This document shows positions 15,101-25,008 of a stretch of 64,000 nt of DNA, piece by piece. The stretch's first letter is position 1; each line of letters starts with the position of its first letter. The position numbers and the translations under genes are program-made. This DNA is from Azolla caroliniana (lineage: Eukaryota > Plantae > Polypodiophyta). The notes beneath the pieces are model-generated. The model was not told where the DNA came from and did not search any database. It saw nothing but the letters and a program-made list of their open reading frames with translations. The DNA lies in assembly GCA_043228905.1 (NCBI GenBank), contig JBHGNT010000003.1:24986001-25050000 (forward strand), given 5' to 3'.

Positions 15101-18100
15101 ACTGATAGCTTCTGGAACTTTGTTTAAGTAAATAGCATGTTTTTTTTACACATAATCAGGATGGCTAGTGGTTGTTCTATAAGATTATTGTCCTCCAATC
15201 ATTCATGGAGCAGGGTCTTATCATTCATTTGATGTATGACTAGTTTGAAGTGCGCAGAGTGCTATCAGAATGTGGCATGAAGTGAAACTAAGAAAATGGA
15301 GGAGTGTATATTGTATTAATGTGGGAACAAGTTCCCAGGTTTCAGAAAGAGAAATGACTTAGTTTGGTAGCTACACATTTAAGCGTTCTATGTGATATCT
15401 GCATTTAGAAACACGTGTAGGGGGGATTGAATGCCAATGTTTCTAAGACTTTGGACTTGGGGGAACTTGTTCCTTTAGGAGGGGACATTACCAACTTGTC
15501 GAAGGATAGTATCCTAGAGTCTAGTTATATGCATTCTGATTGCAAAAGATAATATGTTTCCCTCCCACTCATTTTCAGCATGCCATTTCATTGTTGTAGG
15601 CTAGAATCCCTGACAAATTTATTGTGGTTATGAAGGCAGGGCAATTGGCTGAAAATATATCGAAGATTATTGATGTGCAATTTTCTGACAATGTTGACAT
15701 GTCAAGTGTTCAGGTAACCATTAACAGCTTTCTGAATTGGAACACTCTTCAGGTGTGCGTCATTGCTTAACTTAAAAGATGAAACAGGACGAATTTTCAG
15801 CAGTGATTACGAGGGCATTGGCCACATTAGTGCAAGGTTTGGAAACAAAATTAGAGGCAGAGCTTGCTGCAATGACACGGATGCCTTGGGCCACTCTTGA
15901 AAGTGTTGGAGATCAATCTGAGTAAGTAATAACAGTTGTTTAATAGGGGAGAATCTGAAATATCCCTGGTTTTCTTTTCCCAAATGCCTTTGAATTTTGT
16001 TTTTCCTGCCAGTGTCCCTTGTACTCCCAAAAGAGCAACTACATGTGCTATTTGAGCATTTATGCGATAAACTCATCTCTCTTTTGAGTGTTGATCAAGG
16101 GTGTATGGGAAAATAACGTAAAGTCAGGGATGTTTTGAAGTTTCTCCTTTTTACTGTCATTGGAGGCATTTCTGACAACCACATAAACTTCTATGCACAT
16201 TTTTCTTCAAGATAATTTGTCATAATTTTACTGTACTTTTTATGTCTATTAGATATGTAAATGGCATAAGTGCTGCACTGTCCAGTAGTGTGCCTGCAAT
16301 TGGTGCTCTTCTGTCTCCATTGTATTATCAGTTTTTTCTTGACAAGGTTAGTGTTTTTCTTTGTGGAGGCTGATAAAAACTTCTTAGTCAGTTCTTGTTT
16401 GGTTTCAAATATGTGGGCTCAAGTTTTTGAAGCATATGGATGCAGTTAGCAGCCTCATTTGCCCCTCGTTTTCATTTCAATATCTACAAATGCAAGCGAA
16501 TTTCTGAGACAGGAGCACAACAGGTTTGGGACCAAACTTGTATAAAAAAATCTATAAAGATATATTTGATGCATATAAGGAATTGAAAAAAGTTGTGCTT
16601 ATATTTTTCGGCAAGAATCAGACATTTATGCTGATGTTGAGTTGTTGAGTGTGATATTTTTGTTGTTAGCCTAGAATCCTTTACCTAGTAAATAACTACA
16701 ACTTGTTCTCAACTTAAACTAAAGAGTGCAATAGTTGGGATATTTTAAATTTTCTGGAGAAGGAACAAGCAAAAAGGACGACACTCATCGCTATTTAGAG
16801 GTCACTCATTTGTTACAGAACAGGCTGTAAACAATTATAAAACCTGTGATCCCTTTGCAGATGTCCTTTCATGCGTTCCTTTATGGAGACTTAAAAAATG
16901 GTTCATGTGATTTCCTTTGTTTATAGATGCTGCTGGATACACATGCTGTAAAAACGCTATTGCTTGAAGTTCCCTCCCTTGGTGGTCAGGTCAATATAAC
17001 TTTCTCAGATTCTTTTTTTTATTTGCATGCCATTTAGAAATGTGTTTCTGTGTGATCTATTTTTTGAAAATCATAATAGTGATCATTTTAGAATGTATTT
17101 TTAACACGTAATGCAGAATGCTGCTTCTGCAAGCTACAACAAATTTGTTGGTCGTGAAATGGGAAAAGCTGAGGCCCTCTTGAAGGTATGCATGAATGCC
17201 ATCACATCACATCACATCAACATGAATACAATGGATAGCATTACCTTTTAAGCCTTCACTTGCATAATTTTGTGAATAGTTGGTGATTGTTTCGATTAAC
17301 TATATTGCCCAGTCAAATAATAGCTTAAATGAAAAGTTAAATGGCCCTAATGAATAGACATTCTCATCTAGAGCAACCCCAGCCAGACCCCATAAGGGAA
17401 AAAGTAGAACCAGGGAACCAACTAGACTGTTTGATTAGTGTTTAGGATTTGTTTATCAATATCTCTAGGATTCTCAGCCTGAGTTTTGAAAGTATTTCTC
17501 AACCAACCCCGTCAAGAGGAAATAAAAGAATCAGGAATCTGGAACTAGTTGGTGGAAGTAGTTTCAATTTGTTTTTTGCCTTTATCCCCAAGTCTGAAGA
17601 ACGATATGCACATCCATGCACTAAGTTTCTAGAATGCTTATTGATGCATATTGATAAACTAGGATTCAATAAGAAAGCATTGTAACTATCAGCATGTCAC
17701 TCACTATTAATATTTCTTCTTTTGATCAGGTGATTTTATCTCCAGTAGAATCCATCGCAGATACATACAGAACATTATTGCTAGAAGGAACTGCAGCCGA
17801 CTTTCAGCGGTTGCTTGACTTGAAGGTTTCTATTATCCCATAAAGATTTTATTGCATTGATAGATAACACACGTGCATATCCCTCTCTTACCCCATTAAA
17901 ACTATTGGTCATATGAACATAATGATTTAACTGTTGCTCATTCAATCTCATTATATATGCTTCAGCTGTTAATAATTCAAGATAACAATTCATACTTTGC
18001 TAAAAGTGAATGCTCTGATGCTATTACTTTATTCTTCCCTAAAATATGATTTAGCTATTGGTCATCCTTTGCCATAAAGATAAGTAGTTGCCATTTTATT

Positions 18101-18532
18101 CTATAAACACTATGATTTAGCTCTAATGAATTTGTACTTTTGTTCTCTTTTCTCGTCTTGCAGGGTTTAAAGAAGGCTGAACAACAACCATTGCTTGATT
18201 ACTTTAATCGACGAGGAACAACAAGCGGAGTAGTGAGCTTAAGCACTCAATTACCTTCTAGTGTTGTTCCACAAGCGTCTATGGTTAATGTCCCCACATC
18301 TTCTACATTATCAACCCCTCCTACTCCTACTGCAGCTCTTATGAGTGTTGTTAATAGAGAGGATATGATGGCAAGGGCAGCTGCTCTTGGTAGAGGTGCG
18401 ATGGCGCAATCGGCTGCTGCTGCTGCTGCCGTATCTAGCACTGGCTTGAAGAGAATATTTGCTTTGGCTGAGTCGGCAAAGGAAGGAGCCTCCAAGAAAG
18501 AGGGAACATTTAGGAAATTGTTCAATACATGA
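145..18532 (+). CDS. VPS53: Vacuolar protein sorting 53 (GARP/EARP complex subunit; Arabidopsis HIT1 homolog), 24 exons, ~851 aa
   Basis: Manual splicing gives a continuous 2556-nt frame with GT-AG introns. Exons: 145-190, 5982-6076, 6168-6224, 6311-6461, 8085-8155, 8556-8680, 10000-10160, 10271-10412, 10558-10621, 10715-10924, 10999-11040, 11124-11228, 11328-11387, 14123-14200, 14296-14397, 14498-14563, 15636-15713, 15788-15921, 16253-16346, 16446-16523, 16927-16989, 17117-17185, 17730-17825, 18164-18532. The peptides MESTTIDFINQTFPNE, ICHDIKKLDFAKKHITTTITALHRL, LDKVERRYAWIKR, ISSCFEPHL, ESVGDQSEYV, ISETGAQQMLLD and ARAAALGRG match plant VPS53. Confidence 0.96.
1409..1865. repeat. Three tandem imperfect copies of the LINE 3'-terminal segment
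   Basis: The unit 'attaacgtcttttaagaggccaaaatggcctatgagaccaaacaag..gattac/tatgtcttaagt..tctttgagaaca' starts at ~1431, ~1615 and ~1716. Confidence 0.85.
1409..3150 (-). mobile_element. Degraded non-LTR retrotransposon (RTE-X-like LINE 3' part) in VPS53 intron 1
   Basis: Minus-strand fragments LLYRVETWG (post-RT motif), LRTSS..GR and RICQLCHQGMEFEEHYVCH (CCHC-like knuckle, ~2300-2370). The element ends in a (CTTT)n tail at ~1409 and has many stops and frameshifts. Boundaries are approximate. Confidence 0.75.
3200..4400 (-). mobile_element. Additional degraded LINE-like ORF2 fragment in VPS53 intron 1
   Basis: Minus-strand remnant with a CxxC-type motif (NRCKLCHF, ORF 3290-3484) resembling a LINE C-terminal zinc knuckle. 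Heavily decayed. Confidence 0.4.
6500..7860 (+). mobile_element. Degraded LINE fragment in VPS53 intron 4 (same family as 30760-32050)
   Basis: The motif 'ttgctttatgtagtggatgtgtgggg' (LLY-V-VWG) and the KRWGVEDLLE...YYIANINP segment at 6870-7025 align by eye to the reverse complement of 31370-31520. Confidence 0.7.
8159..8334. repeat. Near-perfect 84-bp direct repeat (period 92) in VPS53 intron 5
   Basis: 'tgtagaaacacctattttcttacatgttggttgattacgaagacttgcaag...caaacaagctatt' occurs at 8159-8242 and 8251-8334. Confidence 0.95.
12400..13250 (+). mobile_element. LINE AP-endonuclease relic in VPS53 intron 13
   Basis: Fragments NGAAVLFR (GVAIL-like), GDFN (ggagatttcaac ~12715) and a xDH-like motif (~13138) appear in APE order, with interrupted frames. 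Confidence 0.55.
14962..15135. repeat. Diverged ~72-bp direct repeat in VPS53 intron 16
   Basis: 'cattgctttattgcattcagtgccagaag...tctggatctttgtttaagtaaata' and 'cattgctttgttgcattcattgcccaaaa...tctggaactttgtttaagtaaata'. Confidence 0.8.
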
Positions 18533-20949
18533 AGAGTGGATGGATATAATGATGGATGGATGATGATTAATAACTTGCATGTTGTCTTCATAATATGCTT
18601 CAAAGCGCAAAATAACCCCATGAGTCATTTGAGAATGAATGATAAAGAACTTTTGTGTTTTCTTGTAATATGCTTCAGATGACCAGTTGGCTAGAGTTTG
18701 TAAAAAAGTGAGCATCTTAAAAAAGGGATATTTCGGAAATATTCCATGCATAAAAAGTATGAATTGCTGTAATAAATGTTATGAAAGAATATCCACTTGT
18801 TGAAGATCAAGAATGAAATTTGGTATTAGTGAAATTTTCAAGGCATTATTATCAGAAAGATACATTAGTCTCGTTTATGAGTGTTGGAGGCAAAAGGAGG
18901 TCCCATATTAAGAGAGTGGATTAAACAATCTCATCACGAGTGAATTGATGTTGAGTTTGTTACCAGCTTTCCCTTGAAGCTACTTCAACTTTTTGTGAAA
19001 AGATCCATGGTTGAAAAATAAAGTGCTAGTTCCCCTGGGAACAAGGAGAAATGTTTTGGTAGATCAACAAAGCACAAAAAATGTTCTAAGTTAATGTAAT
19101 GAACATTGCAAAAGAACTTAGAGAGGGATATGAAGAAATTTTGTTTGTAAACTCTCATCCTAGATTGAGTATCAGTCAATGTCCACTTTTAATCTAGGGA
19201 TAGAAAAATGGGAGGATTGAGTGGTAGCAAAACAAAATATAACATCTAAGGTGCATCAATATTGTGCAAGGTAGTTACATTGATTTGATCAAAATTACAT
19301 GCTACAATGTGTTTGAATGAATAGTTGGATGGTATCCCATTCATAAAGGGTCTAGTTGGATCATAAAATGGGTTGAAAAATGTTTTGATAAAGCCAAGAA
19401 GACAATTGAACATCAAATATGTTTGATATGGCCTAATATCATATATACCTTGATCCTTTGATATGTTCAAAAATATCTATACTAGTTTTCAAGGGTAGAC
19501 AATAAATCTACCTTGATAAGAAAGTAGATCTTTAAAGCTATTAGGAATTTATACTAGAGAAAATTAGACTACTTGCTACCCCTCAATGTTAGGGGTAATA
19601 ATATTGATAAACTCCTCCCCTTGTATTTTCAATGGCATTATTTTTCAACTACATACCAAGGGCATTGAAAATTTTGAAATTACAAAATATTATTATTAAT
19701 GCAAAGAAGAGTAGAAAGAAGAATTTGGTGAAAATATAGAGTGAGGTCGTATTTGGTATCAATACTTAGATTTGCATTGTCAATCAACTAAATTTGCATA
19801 GATAAACTTTTAGCAGTTTGATTTAAAAGTAAATGATTGTTTGTGGATGTATAAAGTGATTTATAAAGCTAAGGTGCCAACTATTAGTGTGCATGATGTT
19901 AGAATAGAAATTTGTATAGAAAAATATTTCTCAAGATGTGAGCCCACAATGTTAAGGTGTAAAACTCAAGTTCTACTTCTACACTATGGATCTATCTATT
20001 TGTCAAGTTGCATATATTATGATGTTTAAACACAATTCTTGTGTGTTAAAAAGCCTTGGAGAGGTATGGATGCTAGTACATGAAGGGAATAGACTCATGA
20101 GCATGAAGATTAACTCTTAATATTGCAACGTGTTTAGGTAAATCAATGTAGTACTAGATATAGGTCTCAATCTAGGGTAAAATGAACAACTTTAATATAG
20201 AGTTGGATATGCATGGCAAGTGGACGCCAACATCATATGATGCCACTATTCCAAAATGATCTACGATGGATTCCTTTCATGGCACTCACTTATTAAACTT
20301 GATGTGTTTATCCAATGTAACCATTGTTGTACGTTGAAGTGATGTTTGTAAATTGCCATATAGTGTAGATATAGTTGGGTCTTTGCAATTACAATTTCTT
20401 CTTTTGCCAATACAACTCTTCTCGACATTTTGTTTCTATCATTGTGTGTGTACACAAATTATTAACACAAATATAGAAAAGACAAAACAAAATGCAAATA
20501 TATCGACAATAGCCTTTCTCATAAAATATTATGTTATTTTCAATACAAGAGTTAAAAATTATGCTTATACCCGCAACATACTACTTATTAGTTCCAAGGT
20601 AATAATCTTCACACTAAGGATGTGATAGAGTAATAACACTTGCGTGGTTGCAAACTTTTATAGAATGCGTGAGTATTGCTTGAGTTTTTGTAGTTATAGA
20701 AAAAGGTAACATCATTCAAGTCATTTAGCTTTGGTTCCATCAAACAAAACCAACGACATGGTTGCTCAATGTAATTCTGATAGAAAATTGTTCACATTGA
20801 ACTATAACACATAGATAAGTGACTTATAACTTATTGGAAATAGATCCACAACCTTTATATTTGCAAAAATTTGTTTTGACGAGTTTTGTTAACATTTAAA
20901 ATATAAAAAGAGTTGATAAGTTAATATGAATCAAGACAAGGTAAGGTAG

Positions 20950-21400
20950 TATTTGCATGACGGTGGATAATGGGTTGTCATATACCTAGGCGGTGATAAT
21001 CTTTTGGGAGAGTTTGGAGGATGGTAATGGAAGGTTTAAAAGTTAGATGGTGCAAAACTTGTTGATGTCTAGTATAGAAAAACTATTCCTTTCGAAAGAT
21101 GTCATGTGTATGGGAGATTTAGATTCCTTGTTATTAACGTGAGAGTTTTAAATTGCAATTTTATGGATAAGGAAAGATGAATAGGTTCTCCGCATCCTCA
21201 TTAAATTCATGCCAAGCATGACAATGCAATGCTTCTTGATAAAAATGTTATCATATCTCTAGACATGGAAATGTCACATGAGAGTCAGGCTAGAAGGGAA
21301 TAATTTGTTGCTTGATTTGTATGGGTAGAGCTTGTGGGTGGTTGATCACCAAGAGTGTGAGAAATCAAACACACGAGGAGTTTACCAAATAGACCTTTAT
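20950..21400 (+). mobile_element. Highly decayed LINE endonuclease relic
   Basis: 'tgtatgggagatttaga' (CMGDL, GDFN-like) is followed by 'aagatgaataggttc' (RLDRF-like). There is no intact ORF. Confidence 0.35.
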
Positions 21401-22879
21401 TGGTCATTTAGGTTGCCACAAAAATATGTCAGGTCAATTAATTTGCCACGAAAATATGTCTTTTGAAAATGTCAATATACAAAGGAAGGATAATAATACT
21501 CCTAACTTATGTGATGAGAGCATTTGTTCTTTTCATGTTCATTACAAGCATGGATTCAAGCATAACACATAATTATTAACAATGTGTTGCGCTTCAAGGA
21601 AGCTACCTACATTCGTTATCAATGGTATTCATTATCGTGGTGTATTTATTGGGAAAACATTTCAAAAATACAACAAAATGTAAGGTACAAAATTTGAAAC
21701 ATTAGTAGGAAGTCATGCAACCTATTTAGTGGTCACTTGACCTTATTTAGCTTACTAATTATTGACCTCACATGCATATGATATGTGATATATAATATAA
21801 GCATAGCCTAGTCCAATCTTACAAAAAAACTAAGCTTTAGACACCGAAGGCTTAAACTAATACAAGTTATGTATTTGGAAACATGCTATAATTAACTTTT
21901 CTTCGTAGATTATATAATCAATGATTGAAAATGATACATATCCATTATGAAGGATTTATGAGGCTATCTAATCTCATACAATCCGGATTATGTCCCTATG
22001 GATTTGTGTTTTAATCTAAGGTGGTTGGCATTTTAAATCCCAATCAGCTTATGTAGTAGATTGCATTCCATTAACACATGGTCTATTGGATCAATACATC
22101 AATATTACATGTAGCTTTTATATTGAGAGTATATTTGGAATGTTCAGTTGTCCTATTTTAAAATACGACTTGTAAATTCCTATATGTATATGCACTAAGG
22201 ATTGTTTCAAGTCATCTTATTTGTTCTTCTTGATAATATGATTCAATGGGTTCAAGATTGGAAAGATGGTGACAATCCTCTAAAAGTAATATGGACAGAG
22301 CAAAAACTAAGAAATTCGAACACAATGTTTGCCGCTTTGACAAAATGATGCTAAAAAGGATGGTTATGTTACCCACTCTTTGTCAAAAGGAAGTGCCACG
22401 TGACAAAATATTTATTTTTCTTAATGGATTTAGTTTTCTTTATCTTTTGATCGATATCTATATAACAATAAATCATTTATTACTGTATTTTTGCCATGCA
22501 ATATCTTGTTCGTTCTCTTTAATGCTTCCATTCTCTAGCTAATCCTCAGGAAACACATTGTGAAGCTTTGTTGCACTTTGTGCATTCTTTTTTGAGGCAA
22601 TGTCTGGAAAGTGTATTTATGTATGGTAAACATAGTTTTCGATTGTCAAAATTGATGTACCTTTACATGGCACTTTACGGAGTTCCACAAGGCACACTTT
22701 TTAAAAGTACATCATCAAATAATTGTATAAGAGAAACATCAAGGAAGATCCACATTTTGATGGCGAACGTGTCGTATTCTTAGCACACGACCATCGCATC
22801 TAGCATAAAAAACCATGTGTTCTCTCTCCTTTTTATCATGTTGTGCCTCTTATACTTGTGATTAGGGGGTGTCAATTCA

Positions 22880-23200
22880 AAACTAGCTTAGCCATTTGAC
22901 TTTAGATAAGATTGTTTTGGTTCGGCACATGTCATATGTTTCTCTAGCCAAGTTGTGACAAGAGGAGAAGTTGATTTGAGAGGCAATAGAAAGGGTGGTG
23001 GATTGATTGTGCGAAACTTGGTTACTTTGTGCTTTCCTCATTCTCCCTGAACCAAGAAGATAATATCTACCACTCATCATGTGTACAGGAAAGTTGAATG
23101 ATGAACAGAACTCAAAAATAAAAGTTTCATATCTCCTTATATATTGATGTAACTCCCCGGGAAGTTTAGTATCTACCACTTTTTATGGGAAACTTATAAC
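22880..23200 (-). mobile_element. Possible retrotransposon gag relic
   Basis: The ORF 22883-23179 segment ELHQYIRRYE...YYLLG loosely resembles the retrotrans_gag pattern (V.EY...F / F..GL). Weak. Confidence 0.3.
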
Positions 23201-23409
23201 CAGACATACTTTTTCCAACTATTTTGCCATGTGATGTGAAACCTATAAACTGAGGCACATTGTTGTTTCCCATTTAAAAGAACTAGAAATGTCTCAAATT
23301 CCTACCGTGGAGAATGTGGATAAGCTACACGCCATAACAAAAGGCAACATTGGACTAGAGAAAAGTTTGAAATGATGGAAGTTATGCAATGTAGTGTCAA
23401 TCAAAATAT

Positions 23410-23656
23410 ATTCCATGTATGCATTTCTCTATTGCTATAATAATTATTTTAATTCTATGAGGATGCTAGATGGTTTTAATAACCCATACAAACTAGGATT
23501 AGACACATGACCAACTAGGATTAAAAATGTATTGGAGGGATTCCATGTACATATGTATCTCTCTATTGCAATTTTCTATAATAATTATTTTAATTCTATG
23601 CGGTTCTAGATGGTTGCAATAACCCATACAAACTAGGATTAGACACATGACCAACT
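23410..23656. repeat. Tandem duplication of ~110-120 bp
   Basis: 'attccatgta...ctataataattattttaattctatg...aataacccatacaaactaggattagacacatgaccaact' occurs twice, starting at ~23410 and ~23540. Confidence 0.9.
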
Positions 23657-24609
23657 TGTCTCATTTGACAAAACTATAAAGAAAAGTATGTGTATATGTT
23701 AGAACAATATGATAATACAAACTTCTTATGTTAAGATAAACTCGCTTTGGAGCTATAAGACTATAATAGAGCAAAATACTTTGAGAACAAGGTGCCCACA
23801 TAGCTTTGTTGTTCTGAGATTTCCCAACAAACAATATCCAAAAGTTGTTACTAGATCAAAGAACCCCAACTAACAATACCCAAAGTTGCAACATAAGAAC
23901 CCAATTGGTTTTGCAACTAGGCATGCAAGGAATGTGTGCATGGTGTTCGCAACCACATTAAAGAAAAAGCATGTTGTTTTGAAATTTGCTAATGGGTAAA
24001 CATAGGCAATGTGCCCACCACTGCCGTATAAAGGAACATTTCCACATTCGGAATGGAAGGTGTCATTGCCATCCTGCATCCAACACTCGGACGCCATCAT
24101 CATATACACAAGGTAATGTGCCTGCTGGGCAAGCAACACCACAAGCACAAACTAGCTATCTTTGATCTTTGATGAGCTTACGATAGAAGTCATCACGAAG
24201 CCACGCATATATGTATATGTTGCTATCCAATATGAAATCTCTTCACGCTTGCGTGCGTTTGCCATCGGTTCTGGAACACGGGGCACTAGAGTAGGCAAGG
24301 GCAGATAGTGTCCATCATCAAATCGGATCATAGTGATAGGAGGACACTTTACACGATTCCAGATGCCCATGGCCTAGTTTCGAAGGGCCAGAGATCAATC
24401 TAACCTCTGGTGCCGGAAAAGAACACATTTCAAACACAAAGTTCTACCCACGGAAGTTTTGTCAGTCATGACTCAATCGGAATCCCGAGTGGAGGCTCTC
24501 CCAAATTTGGTCCGTGATTCCAATACAAAGAGAAAGCCAAGACATTTTATTTAGTACTACATAGTACATACTACTACTCCAATGGTAGAAGAGAATTAAA
24601 TTACCATTA

Positions 24610-24613
<4 letters not shown>

Positions 24614-24649
<36 letters not shown>
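24614..24649. repeat. (CT)n microsatellite in the putative 5' leader of the NT-C2 gene
   Basis: Perfect (ct) run. Confidence 0.95.
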
Positions 24650-24653
<4 letters not shown>

Positions 24654-24774
24654 CTGCTTCTCCATTAAATGAACCCCCACTTCATGAAACAACGGTTCAA
24701 TTCTTGAGAACCCATCTCTCCCCTATCTATCTAAGGTATGTATGTATGTAACATTCTATCCTCACTCTCTCCGG

Positions 24775-24897
24775 AGCTATAGCCATAGCCATAGCCATAG
24801 CTATAGCTAGAGAAAGACCGAGACCGAGACAGAAACAGAGAGCCATAGCCATAGCCATAGCCATAGCCATAGCCATGACCACAGCCCTAGCCATAGA
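24775..24897. repeat. (CCATAG)n and (GACCGA)n hexamer microsatellites in the putative 5'UTR intron 24736-25008
   Basis: Visible hexamer runs. Flanked by the donor 'aag|gtatgt' (24736) and the acceptor 'tttctcag|atg' (25008). Confidence 0.85.
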
Positions 24898-25008
24898 AAT
24901 ATGTCTTTCCCTTCAACAAATCTCTGTCCCTAAACTTAATCTCACACCATTATAGTCACTTGGGCAGCTTCAATTCAGGATTCAATTACTTTGTTTCCTA
25001 TTTCTCAG

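Noticed and set aside
18247-18751. Antisense ORFs over the last VPS53 exon, and similar ones over the other CDSs
   Set aside because: They are shadow ORFs of real coding exons with no independent support.
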